Below, piece after piece: positions 35,768 to 53,791 of a DNA stretch of 64,000 bases (position 1 is the first letter of the stretch; every line of letters starts with the position of its first letter). The notes beneath the pieces were generated by a model. That model saw only the letters and a program-made list of their open reading frames with translations. It did not search any database and was not told the DNA's origin. Source of the DNA: Amoebidium appalachense (Eukaryota; Protista; Ichthyosporea); assembly GCA_963693365.1 (NCBI GenBank), contig CAVNZM010000014.1, positions 1,302,001 to 1,366,000 of the forward strand. The letters are read 5' to 3'. Both the position numbers and the translations under genes were made by a program.

Positions 35768-38700
35768 CTATAATTTTGTAGTGATGTGTTTCTCAAGCCA
35801 ATCAATACATCTAATAAACAGGTCGTAGTTACGCGTGTTTAGTATAAAATCAAGGATGTTGTAATTTACAGGTAGGCTATCTTTCTGGGTGTCTGTTGTG
35901 AATGTGACGTGTGTGTGTTGCGGTATTATGTGGTCTATCAAACTACATTTGGCGATACATGACCGGTTAAACTGGTGTGTGTGTGTGTTGTTTGGGCATG
36001 CAAATGATGCCACCTTATACTTATTAGATCTCCACTGTATAGCACGTGTACAGTAAAAGCGTGGTAATTGATCAATAATACCATCAGCTAGAGAAAGACC
36101 AGTTCTACAGGAAGGTAATATGTATTTAGGTGTTATACACTTGCGAGTGCCATATTTGGCAATATGGTTGAGGCGGTCAGTATATATAAAACGAGACATA
36201 AGGCTTAGTTTTTCAAGGTGTATGCTTTCATCGGGTCTAGTGTCGTGTGGTATCTTTTTCCATTTGTTATATTGCGTGATTATCTTGTGATTGTGTACAT
36301 GTTTAATAAGTAAGTGGCAGTCCAAAGTCACACACACACTATTGCGGGGTTTATTTGTATTTGTGCCCAGGGGAGAAGGGGAGAGAGAGGGGAGGAAAGA
36401 GGGGAGAGGTGAGGAGGGGACAGGTCGGATAGAGAAGAGAGGGTGGGAGGGCAAATACTTCTTTAAGCGGCTTATGTGCTTATTGAATTTCAGCGCGAGG
36501 TGGGATACTCTAGCAGCTATTGGGACCAGACCATATATCGAGAGCGTTACAGGCCCAGGTTTACAACAGTTGTTAGATAGAAAGGAGGCAACTTCTGCTT
36601 CAAGGAAATTTGCCAAGGGTTTAAGCGCTCTAGTTCTCTCTTTCTTGATCCAAGCGGCGAGAAGGGGTAAACCATATTCACATGCCGGGAAGACAAAAGT
36701 GCGAATAAATGTAAGTCTAATAGAAGGATGGAGGGGTGTGTCTTTAAAAATATTAGCCGAGAAGAAAGCTAACCGCTTACGAGCCAACTCTACCCTCTTT
36801 TCGACCATATGGGGAAACATAACACCAACAGAATCAACCGGAACACCAAGATATTTGTATTCTGGAACTATAGGTACAGGTTTAGATGATAATGTAAATG
36901 TGTGTAAATTGTTAGCTATATCAGGTACAAGAACACCACATTTGTCTATGTTAAGGATCATAAGGTTTGCCTTGCACCACTCTGACACTACATCGAACAA
37001 TCTTTGCAGGCGTCTAGGGGTACGGGCAAGGAGGGACAGATCATCAGCATAGAGAAGTGCAGGCGGAAAGTTATTAATAGGGTCATCGTTTTCGGCGTAA
37101 ATCTTGACAGCCAAATCATCTATAAATAGGTTAAACAAAAAGGGGCTAAGCAATGAACCCTGCAAGAGACCTCTAGTACGAGCAAAACCATATGAAAGAT
37201 GCCCATTAACCACAGCTCTACCATAGGTTTGAGACAAGAGTGCTTCTAACAGAACACCAATGCAGTGTGGTACACCCCGTGCAGCAAGCTTTTCCCATAG
37301 GAGACCAGGGGAGACAGAATCGTAAGCAGTTTTCCAATCAATAAAGCCAACATATTGTGCACCAACTTGCATAGAATCGTGCAGTGCCATTATTTGAACA
37401 TAACATGAATTGTTTTTACGAAAAGCGGATTGGCATGGGTGTATGTGAAGAATAGATTGAAACCTAGGGTGATGTGCAAATAACCTAAGTAAGCAAGCTT
37501 CAAAGAATCTACGAACAACCTGGGTTAGTGTAATGGGGCGAAAGGATGATATGGGGCCCTCAGAGTCCTTCTTAACTATGGGGATCACTAAGGTATCTAA
37601 CCAAGATGACGGGACATGTCCACATTTAACACACCAAGAAAAGAGAGAGCTTAACATGATAGTAAGATCAGGTTTAATAGCACGATCACTTTCCTTTTGT
37701 GGGTAGGAGGGAACAAGGATTTTAAGAAACCCAGCAGGGAGTCCATCAGGTCCACAAGACTTACTAGAGCTATAACTAGATATCACAGACCATATGGCAT
37801 CGGGACTGAAAAAGGGGAGGATCGATTCTATGGGGATAGATGGGTCTACAGGCCACACAATAGGTTTCTGAGCGGGGGTCCTATCTTTAAACAGTTCCGA
37901 GAAATACTTATCAGAGTCTATGAGGGGGTCTCCAGTGGTATCACCAATAATACGAGCAGGGGGGCCAAATCGATTCATACTAGCAAGCCGGCGCAAGCTT
38001 TCCTTTTGAGACAGGGGTTCACCTAGTCTAGCGGGAGTGGTGTTTGGTAACAAGAGAGCATCGGGGTATTCCTTCCTACCACCGCCAGCATAATCACCGA
38101 GATCTATCAAATCATCAACAATAAAGTTAGTGCATGTATCTAGTACGAGATGTGAATCTGGCCTGGCTTGTGCAGATTCTAATAGGCGCATATATATAGG
38201 GTGTTTCGTAGCATAGCATACACATACATCAACTCTACCCCACTGTGACTTAAGCTGGGATAGACGGAGGCGAAAGGTGGGAGGGGGAGGGGGGAGCAGA
38301 TCAAGGGAGATCTTAGGTAGGAAAAGGATAGGAGAGTGGTCAGATGACCTAGAGAGGTTAGGAGGGAGAGAGAGTTTTGACATGGTTGATGGCCAAAAGG
38401 CCACTCCCCAGTCGGTGTTGTGGGCATGGGATATTTGAGGGAACCGCAAAGTGTGACTTTGGACATACCTTGCTAAAGGGATAGCACGCTCCGGGGGCTT
38501 AGATGGGTACCCGACACTCACTTGCAGTGTGTCTGTGTGGTGGAGTCGCGTGTTAAAATCACCTAAAATAACAGTGGACATTGGTAACTGTGACAACTCG
38601 TGAGTCAATTCGACAACCGACATAGATGGTGGGTAATATACAAAAGTAAAAACATTAGAAAGAAACTCTATAGAAACCGAGAATTCCGTTTTTGCTACCG

Positions 38701-38962
38701 GTTTGCACTTCACTCTCACGTGTGGTGCGGCAAGTACAATAATGCCTCGGTTTTTCGCGTAACCGGGGTGTGTGGATGTGTCGACCAATGTAGAGTTGAA
38801 TTTGTGGTGGTTTTTAAACTGTGTTTCGCAAATCACTGTAAACGTGTGGTTGTTTGTCTGTTGTTGTATGTAGCTGATTTTATCGTCGAGTGTCCCGGGG
38901 GGGAGGCCCTTTTGGGGGCCCAGTGTCCGAGCATTCCAGAAGAAGAAGGATAAATTAGGCAT
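35768..38962 (-). CDS. LINE ORF2: AP-endonuclease, reverse transcriptase and Cys/His-rich C-terminus (1064 aa)
   Basis: APE motifs FWNARTL, ICET, ILGDFN and SDH. RT motifs GPDG, FRPITL, QSAFR, FIDWKTAYDSV, GLLQGSLLSPFLFNLFIDDL, LYADD and YKYLG. Confidence 0.97.
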   Translation of the reverse strand: MPNLSFFFWNARTLGPQKGLPPGTLDDKISYIQQQTNNHTFTVICETQFKNHHKFNSTLVDTSTHPGYAKNRGIIVLAAPHVRVKCKPVAKTEFSVSIEFLSNVFTFVYYPPSMSVVELTHELSQLPMSTVILGDFNTRLHHTDTLQVSVGYPSKPPERAIPLARYVQSHTLRFPQISHAHNTDWGVAFWPSTMSKLSLPPNLSRSSDHSPILFLPKISLDLLPPPPPTFRLRLSQLKSQWGRVDVCVCYATKHPIYMRLLESAQARPDSHLVLDTCTNFIVDDLIDLGDYAGGGRKEYPDALLLPNTTPARLGEPLSQKESLRRLASMNRFGPPARIIGDTTGDPLIDSDKYFSELFKDRTPAQKPIVWPVDPSIPIESILPFFSPDAIWSVISSYSSSKSCGPDGLPAGFLKILVPSYPQKESDRAIKPDLTIMLSSLFSWCVKCGHVPSSWLDTLVIPIVKKDSEGPISSFRPITLTQVVRRFFEACLLRLFAHHPRFQSILHIHPCQSAFRKNNSCYVQIMALHDSMQVGAQYVGFIDWKTAYDSVSPGLLWEKLAARGVPHCIGVLLEALLSQTYGRAVVNGHLSYGFARTRGLLQGSLLSPFLFNLFIDDLAVKIYAENDDPINNFPPALLYADDLSLLARTPRRLQRLFDVVSEWCKANLMILNIDKCGVLVPDIANNLHTFTLSSKPVPIVPEYKYLGVPVDSVGVMFPHMVEKRVELARKRLAFFSANIFKDTPLHPSIRLTFIRTFVFPACEYGLPLLAAWIKKERTRALKPLANFLEAEVASFLSNNCCKPGPVTLSIYGLVPIAARVSHLALKFNKHISRLKKYLPSHPLFSIRPVPSSPLPSFLPSLSPSPLGTNTNKPRNSVCVTLDCHLLIKHVHNHKIITQYNKWKKIPHDTRPDESIHLEKLSLMSRFIYTDRLNHIAKYGTRKCITPKYILPSCRTGLSLADGIIDQLPRFYCTRAIQWRSNKYKVASFACPNNTHTHQFNRSCIAKCSLIDHIIPQHTHVTFTTDTQKDSLPVNYNILDFILNTRNYDLFIRCIDWLEKHITTKL

Positions 38963-39929
38963 CGGTTTGGTCCGACACCTGTGGGGTTGGTTCCCACTTG
39001 TCGCTTACGGGGTCGTATGCACGACCTTCCGCCAGCGCGAACAGTTCGCAGAAGAGCTCGATTTCCATCTCGCATCGGCGTTTGCGCTCGAGCAGTTTCT
39101 CACCAGAAAACATTGGTTCCTTCGTGTCCGTGTCTATCACGCTCGTAGCATCGTTTTCCAACTTTGCGAGGAACTCTTTTGCCTTGCTGATGCGTACACG
39201 ACAACGTGTGGCGCACGCATTCTTAGCAGACACTTTACGTTCTTTGTCTGCTTTCTGAATGTTTTCCGGCGCGCATGGGTCGTAGCTTGGGAGGTGGGTG
39301 AAGAAGCTTCCACACCCCTTTGTCGCGTCACGGATGAACGCACGGTTATAGTCGCCCCGTACTGCTACTTCCAGCACATCGTATCCAATGAAGGACAGAC
39401 AAAGGATGCGAGAGCACCGGAAGCCGAGAGCCTTGAAGATGGACCACATGGCCCTGTGTGGGCGTCTGCCGTGCTTGACTTTGAAATACACCCTCTCGTA
39501 TTTGGGTGGGATGTTGATGTTACCGTTTGCTTGGGTGTTCCCCTTAGCCGGCGGTTTGGGAGGGGAGTTGCGGCGGTACTCGTTGCCTGCAAGAATGCTG
39601 GCATATGTTTCCTTGGCAATTTGGCGGAGCTCGGGTGTTTTACGAGAGTTCGCATATTCTAGGAACTCTGCCGGGAGCTGTGCTTCCGGTCCTGTGTTGT
39701 TTTGTGTTGGGGTGGAAATGTCTCCGTCGCGAGATGTTTGCTCATGAGTTTTGGGGTTTTGCGATCCACTAATGTTTAGCTGGGCTGTGAGTGAATCAAT
39801 GGTGAGCTTGAGTTGGGTATTTTCTGTTTGGAGTTTTTCTATCATGTTCTTGAGTGGTAACAGCTCATTTAGCTGTTTCTTAACGAGGGCAAGTTCTGCC
39901 AGTACTGTATCAACCGAAAGTTTCGGCAT
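38955..39929 (-). CDS. LINE ORF1 (324 aa) with N-terminal coiled coil
   Basis: Lies directly upstream of ORF2 and overlaps it by 8 nt. Heptad-like N-terminus (LKNMIEKLQTENTQLKLTIDSLTAQL) and a TYASIL motif. Confidence 0.88.
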   Translation of the reverse strand: MPKLSVDTVLAELALVKKQLNELLPLKNMIEKLQTENTQLKLTIDSLTAQLNISGSQNPKTHEQTSRDGDISTPTQNNTGPEAQLPAEFLEYANSRKTPELRQIAKETYASILAGNEYRRNSPPKPPAKGNTQANGNINIPPKYERVYFKVKHGRRPHRAMWSIFKALGFRCSRILCLSFIGYDVLEVAVRGDYNRAFIRDATKGCGSFFTHLPSYDPCAPENIQKADKERKVSAKNACATRCRVRISKAKEFLAKLENDATSVIDTDTKEPMFSGEKLLERKRRCEMEIELFCELFALAEGRAYDPVSDKWEPTPQVSDQTDA

Positions 39930-41972
39930 GGTTGTTATTGTGTATAGCTCTAGTAAATATTGTGGACCTGATGGACTTCCTGCTGGGTTTCTTAAAATCC
40001 TTGTTCCCTTCTACCCACAAAAGGAAAAAATCGTGCTATTAAACCTGATCCTACTATTATGTTAAGCTCTCTCTTTTCTTGGTGTCTTAAGGGGCCCTTA
40101 AATGTGGACATGCCCCGTCATCTTGGTTAGATACCTTAGTGATCCCCATAGTTAAGAAGGACTCTGAGGGCCCCCCATCATCTTTTCGCCCCCATCACAC
40201 TAACCCAGGTTGTTCGTAGATTCTTTGAAGCTTGCTTACTTAGGTTATTTGCACATCACCCTAGGTTTCAACCTATTCTTCACATACACCCATGCCAATC
40301 CGCTTTTCGTAAAAACAATTCATGTTATGTTCAAATAATGGCACTGCGCGATTCTATGCAAGTTGGTGCACGATATGTTGGTTTTATTGATTGGGAAACT
40401 GCTTACAATTCTGTCTCCCCTGGTCTCCTAAGGGAAAAGCTTGTTGCACGGGGTGTACCACACTGCATTGGTGTTTTGTTAGAAGCACTCTTGTCTCAAA
40501 CCTATGGTAGAGCTGTGGTTAATGGGCACCTTTCATATGGTTTTGCTCGTACTATAGGTCTCTTGCAGGGTTCATTGCTTAGCCCCTTTTTGTTTAACCT
40601 ATTTATAGATGATTTGGCTGTCAAGATTTATGCCGAAAATGGTGACCCTATTAATAACTTTCCGCCTGCACTTCTCTATGCTGATGATCTGTCCCTCCTT
40701 GCCCGTACCCCTAGACGCCTGCAAAGATTGTTCGATGTAGTGTCAGAGTGGTGCAAGGCAAACCTTATGATCCTTAACATAGACAAATGTGGTGTTCTTG
40801 TACCTGATATAACTAACAATTTACACACATTTACATTATCATCTAAACCTGTACCTATAGTTCCAGAATACAAATATCTTGGTGTTCCGGTTAATTCTGT
40901 TGGTGTTATGTTTTCCCATATGGTCGAAAAGAGGGTAGAGCTGGCTCGTAAACGGTTAGCTTTCTTCTCGGGTAATATTTTTAAAGACACACCCCTCCAT
41001 CCTTCTATTAGACTTACATTTATTCGCACTTTTGTCTTCCCGGCATGTGAATATGGTTTACCCCTTCTCGCCGCTTGGATCAAGAAAGAGAGAACTAGAG
41101 CGCTTAAACCCTTGGCAAATTTCCTTGAAGCAGAAGTTGCCTCCTTTCTATCTAACAACTGTTGTAAACCTGGGCCTGTAACGCTCTCGATATATGGTCT
41201 GGTCCCAATAGCTGCTAGAGTATCCCACCTCGCGCTGAAATTCAATAAGCACATAAGCCGCTTAAAGAAGTATTTGCCCTCCCACCCTCTCTTCTCTATC
41301 CGACCTGTCCCCTCCTCACCTCTCCCCTCTTTCCTTCCCTCTCTCTCTCCTTCTCCCCCGGGCACAAATACAAAATAAACCCCCCAAAAGTGTGCGTGTA
41401 TCTTTGGACTGCCACTTACTTATTAGACATGTACACAATCACAAGATAATTACGCAATATATAGCAAATGGAAAAAGATACCACACGACACCAGACCCGA
41501 TGAAAGCATACACCTTGAAAAACTGCCTTATGTCTCGTTTTATATATGTATAATGACCGCCTTAACCATATTGCCAAATATGGCACTCGCAAATGTGTAA
41601 CACCTAAATACATATTACCTTCCTGTAGAATTGGTCTTTCTCTAGCTGATGGTATTATTGATCACATACCACGCTTTTACTGTACACGTGCTATACAGTG
41701 GAGACCTAATAAGTATAAGGTGGCATCGTTTGCATGCCCAAACAACACACACACACACACCAGTTTAAACGGTCATGTATAGCCAAATGTAGTTTGATAG
41801 ACCACATAATACCGCAACACACACACGTCACATTCACTGACACCCAGAAAGAAAGATAGCCTACCTGAAAATTACAACATCCTTGATTTTATACTAAACA
41901 CGCGTAACTACGACCTGTTTATTAGATGTATTGATTGGCTTGAGAAACACATTATTACAAAATTAATTCTAG

Positions 41973-42003
<31 letters not shown>

Positions 42004-43095
42004 GCACGCACGCACGCACACACACACACACACACACGCACAACCAGCTGATACCGAGTGTCCCAGGGGAGCCCGAAAAAAAAACCAAAAAAAAAAAACG
42101 GGGAACCCCAACTAATTGATTTCTCTTAGTCTTTATGGTGTCTCGTAGAGAAAGTAAACCCTGATATATAATCATCACCCGACATCTATGTACGTGATCT
42201 TGATATACCGCTGAGGGGATAATCCGAGCAAAAACCCCCCATACCTGAGACTGGTCTCTCTTTGCCTCGAGTAAACAGCGTAAACCCCCCCCCCCCCATT
42301 GTATTTATGGGCAAGTTTTTACCAAATGTACACTTTGGTGTCACAGAAGTGAAGTTTGCAGCCGTTTATTGTTGACTTGATCATGAGGGTTTACACACTT
42401 TTTATTGCGCAAAACTGAGACGTGAGATCCACTGTGAAAAGGGCGTCATGCTAATAAGCTGCCCTATTCCTAAAACAGGAGATATTTCAAGACATAAATA
42501 TATATAATCGAAGGTTAGGTCGATCTTGACTTGCGATTGGTTCCGATCGCAGATCAAAGCCTTGGCCTTCGGGAAAACTTCATGAAGCCCCATGGCCACC
42601 GGTAATTACTTATTTAGCGCTAGCAGGTGCTGATGATTATAACTAGGGATTTCTGTTTGGAATAGAAATAGGTGCTAGCTGCCTCCCTCTTAGTATACGC
42701 CAGAGCTATAGAAAATGGTTGTAGCAAGGCTAGCAGCATGCGTCACTCGAGCAGCAGTAAGGCCAGGTGGGTCTTGCGCACCCATTTCTCCCTTCTTCTC
42801 TGGGCTGCTTCGTCCATTCTCCCCTCCCCCCCCCCCCCCCTTCCCCCCCCCCCACCCCCTCCGCCCCTCCCCTTTCCTCCCCTTCCCCCTCAGCCACCAC
42901 CACCATCCCGACTACCCCTCAACCAGCATCTCCCACCATCCTTCGTCTAGCATGCACGAACTCACGCACAAACACCAACACGCACGCACCCACGCACGCA
43001 CAGACGCATGCACGCACGCGTACACACACACACCAACACACGCACACACACACACACACACACACGCACACACGCACACACGCACACACGCACAT

Positions 43096-43175
<80 letters not shown>

Positions 43176-44248
43176 AACACACACAAACACACACACACAC
43201 ACACACACACAACCTGACACATCTCCCATCCACCACCCCACTCGCCCCCACCCCCGTCCCCACCTAGCCAACCACCCACATCGGTACACATATATGTACG
43301 CATGCGCACAAGCACTCGTACACACCTGCCCGCTACACCTGCACCTCCCTCATACGCACGCTTGGCATTACTATTCGGTATTTGACCTAAGAATGGCTGT
43401 TTTATTTTCCAATCCACAGTGAGCCATCATGCAGCCACAGCCGCCTGTGGGGGCATTCGGTGTGTTCGTTCTTCAGCCCTAGTGGCCCAGAAAGCACAAA
43501 GACAGGTGGGTTGACATGTACTCGGGATAGCTATGGTTGAGTAGACGGTTTGTTTTTTGCTTTCCACCCCCCTCCCTTACCCCCTGCCCCCCACGCCAAC
43601 CTTCTGTTTTCTTTTTTATAACCCCGAAGTCGAGGGCAGGGAGAGAGGAGGGGAAGGGTTCCCAGGGGGGGGGGAGGAAGGGGGGGGGTTACTTTCGAGG
43701 GCAAACACACGACACACGCTACGAAAGTATTGTCTGTTTCAGATCACTCGTCTGTTGATGTGCTGTGTGTGGTTAGTTGTGTCCGTTAAGTGGTTTCTGG
43801 GTTTCAGTTCAGTGGGGGGATGTATGATTAAGGGCTGAAGTCTGATGCAGGGAAGAGCAGGGAGACTACCTTTCTCTTAGTGTCAAGTAATGTTTTACAT
43901 GCTTCATTTTAAGCGTATTTAGAACAGGCTGTCTGCACTCCATATTTTTCGTTATTATCCCCCCCCCCCCCCCCCCCTCCCCCCCCCTCTCCAGCGCTTT
44001 CCTTTCCCCGGAGTGATCTACCAACTGAACACTCGAGCGTTTATGGTACCTATAACGCCATGGAATCATCATGATGTGACAGTGAAAATACTATGCATGG
44101 AATTGATATGGCAGAGGAAAATAATGTGAAATGGAAGAATGATTTTTGAATTACGATGTGTCAAACAGGCAGCGGTGGCCCCACTTCTTCAGTTTTGTCC
44201 TTCGGTTAGGTGGTACTGCTCAGCCGGCAATAACGACAGTAAGCCCCT

Positions 44249-44279
<31 letters not shown>

Positions 44280-44902
44280 TCCGGCCTCTCCCCCCTCCTC
44301 CCTTCTCCACAAACACGACACACGCAAACACAGGCACAGCCCGACAACCACCCTTATCCGGTGGCGCACATTTGCACATGTACACTGTTGTACGTTTCTC
44401 GGCAGGGTTTGCTGCAAGTTGCTTGTAGTTAGCGTACACATATGATACATAGGGGGCTTGCAGGTACGAGCATGAAAGGAGATAGAAACGGGTTGTGGTG
44501 TTCTTCAGATGCCATGCTTACCCAGACTATATGAATAAGTAAAAATATTTAGATTAGTAGCAAAAAATGAATAATAGCGAATAGATAGTAAGGAAGCCCA
44601 TGAGTAATGAACGAGCACACTCATATCAGCAGCCACCATGTGCATCCTACCAACCAACCAAAACAACAGAGCAAGAATAGAAGGCGACATGTCTCTCTCC
44701 TTGCTTTCCTCCCCCAGCAAATTGGTGCATGGTTATGCTCTAAACTGGTGCACTTGTGTGCACGTTCTAACTACACGATTTACGACACCGTTTTTATTTA
44801 CCACTCGGTTTAGCCACCTATTTTGACACCCACACCACCCCCACCAGACAACGAAACACCAGCAACACCTGAAGGCACACCATTACAGACTGTAAGCAAA
44901 AA

Positions 44903-44936
<34 letters not shown>

Positions 44937-45059
44937 CCCGGGGGCCCCGCTGGGGGGGCGTCCTTCCACTTCTTCCCACTTCCCAGGTTCAGGCAATTTG
45001 GTGACCCCAAGGAGGGTGTATTTTTCAGCATTCTACATCCCCCGCCTCCCCCCGGGCAC

Positions 45060-51475
<6,416 letters not shown>

Positions 51476-51784
51476 GGACCCAAGTCATCAATTGCGTCTG
51501 AGTTTCGACCCCTTTGCCTGTGTATATACGAGGCTCCAACTCAGACAGCAGCATCAACTGAACTTGGGCGGGTCAACCCGTCTTGATCAAAGACAAGCAG
51601 GGTTGCTTATGCAAGCAAGGTGAGCAAAACGGTGAAGATGTGTGTGCAAACTTATGCAGTGCAGAGAAAAATGCGCTTACAGAGAAAAATGTGCTTACAG
51701 ATGCACGACACAGAGCAACCATGCCCGGTTGCATCGAGGGGAATGGGGGAACAGGGGGGGAGAGAAGGAGCCTCTAATGTGTGT

Positions 51785-51879
<95 letters not shown>

Positions 51880-53754
51880 CGCGCATGCGCGAGGGCACGT
51901 ATGGTGTGAATTTTTTTGTGTACATGCCCGAGGATGGACATTAAACCTTTTTGCTTGTGTGTGTAAGCATTTGTGTATCTGTTGCAAACCTGCCTTTGTA
52001 TACATTTTGCTCTTTCATTGCACGACTTAGGCTTGCGTCGACACGTCTTTAGAGGATAACCCCGTAGAAAGGCACACTCAGGAAAATGGAAAGTAAACCT
52101 CTGAGTCGTCCCTTAACCAACATAAAAGAAAGCGGGACCCAATTCCTACCTGCAGTGGTGTTCTCTCCTTTGCCGCGTTAATCTGGTCTGTGGCCTGCTG
52201 CACTACAAACTCCCACCGCCTGCGCAGTTTTTTCTGCAGCTTGGCAAACGCCTCCAACTCATACGGCTTCATACTCTTTGCACCCTTCTTCATGTTGCAC
52301 TTGACCAGGTACACAGCATAGTCGAAATCCGTGGGCACACCGCTCACACTGGGCCAGAAATAGGGTGTTTGGAAACGCAGGAACTGTTCGGCTGAGTCCA
52401 GGATGGGGGAGTATTCTTCCACGGGGAACACGTATCCTTCCTTGAAAAGTTTGTGAGCGAAAATGGACGCTTCATTGCGGTCGAATTTCAGATTTGACTG
52501 CAGCCAGTCGAGTAACTCCGCTGAGGTAAAGCATGAGGGAATCTGTTTTAGCAGAGTTTTGCGGTCTTTCACCTCAATGCCCGACTCAGGCTGCTGCATG
52601 CTCAGGATTACTTGCTCGAACTTTTCAAACCGCCGCTCGCGCGCATCCATGTCATCCTCCGGCTGGATGCGCACTTGAACAGAAGCCGCCATCTTCACTA
52701 CAACACAGCTAAACTAGTAGGTTTCAATATGGGTGTATGGTGTGCTACCAGCAAATGCTCAACTGGGTATGCTAAAAAGTTGGCTGCTTGTACTGTTGAC
52801 GTGAAAAAAGGAAGCCAAGTTGTTGCAGGCGATGCTGATCTGGAAAGTGTCGGTAATTGCCAAGTTGGGTTGTACAGTTTTTACAGCCTGCCTATCCCTG
52901 TAAAAGTACTAAAAAAAATCTCTACTAAGGTTGTGAGAGCTTATGCTGGGATTCCTTTTTCTTCGAGGTTCAACAAAGACGCCGTTCGTCCCTGAAGAGT
53001 AAAACCGTTTTTAGTCGACGCGGACGGACACATTTTCGTTCATGGTCGCCCGCACCTTGCAGCAGCATTCCACAGTAAAAAGGAGACGCTATGGAATGTT
53101 GACCTAGGTCTATTCGACGAATGGAATCTAACTTATAAAAGATAAATAAAGCTTGTTATTGTTTCAAAGTATATAATCATTCATTACGTTTAACAACGCG
53201 CATTGCTGCAGAGGATTGTAAATTCCTGACTTGTTTTTACTGTCAGTTTCAACACAGTTGTGTCGAAGCTGCTGTACAATAGATCCGGCCTTCCGTTGAA
53301 CCGGCCAAGGCAATTCCCCAGCCTGCAAGCTGAACGATGGCGAGCAAAAGAAACGGATTGACCTCAATGTGAACATTCGAGGCCACTTGCACTCTGCAGT
53401 TAAACTCTGTACATGTGCTTCGAATTATCAATGCCGGCGCGCTAGCGCCCGTAGCTCTTTCTGTATGTATCCATGCAACCAAGGAGAAAATGTTCAGAAA
53501 TTGTGACATCAAGACTTGCTTACACCATGAAGGTGACGGGTTGTCTTAGGCTTCAACAACTGATTTGGAAACGCATTGCTTCGTATTGGCCTTATCCCAA
53601 GGGCTCCTGTATGTATAGAACTCCGAAATGTATAGGAAAGCTTGGGCAAGCCTTCTTCCCGCCTTCCCTTGTCTAACCCCCTCCGGGCCACCGTTCAAAA
53701 GATGACCGTCTCCGGGCCCCCTCTCCCCCGCCCCCCGCTCCCCTTCTCCTCCCC

Positions 53755-53791
<37 letters not shown>

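Larger units (their letters stand above)
35416..39942 (-). mobile_element. Apparently intact non-LTR retrotransposon (LINE, ORF1 plus APE-RT ORF2); putative 3-bp TSD TAT
   Basis: Two long uninterrupted ORFs, a 13-nt leader, and a ~350-nt 3' UTR ending ...CAGCGTAAACCCCC. TAT occurs at 35413-35415 and 39943-39945. Confidence 0.95.
35178..42297 (+). mobile_element. 5'-truncated, degenerate LINE copy split in two (35178-35415 and 39943-42297) by a nested insertion; putative TSD ATTGT
   Basis: 35178-35415 matches ORF2 sequence up to ...GTGATATCTAGTTAT, and 39943 resumes with TATAGCTCTAGTAA..., the exact continuation. RT ORF 40338-41378 retains YADD but is flanked by frameshifts and stops. ATTGT occurs at 35173-35177 and 42298-42302. 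Confidence 0.9.

Noticed and set aside
36291-41365. Long antisense ORFs inside the LINEs (36291-37052, 38967-39662, 40676-41365)
   Set aside because: Shadow frames of ORF1/ORF2 with no independent motifs.
35416-42297. DNA transposon or foldback element with long terminal inverted repeats
   Set aside because: The inverted arms are LINE ORF2 and 3' UTR sequence, and nested TSDs explain the geometry.
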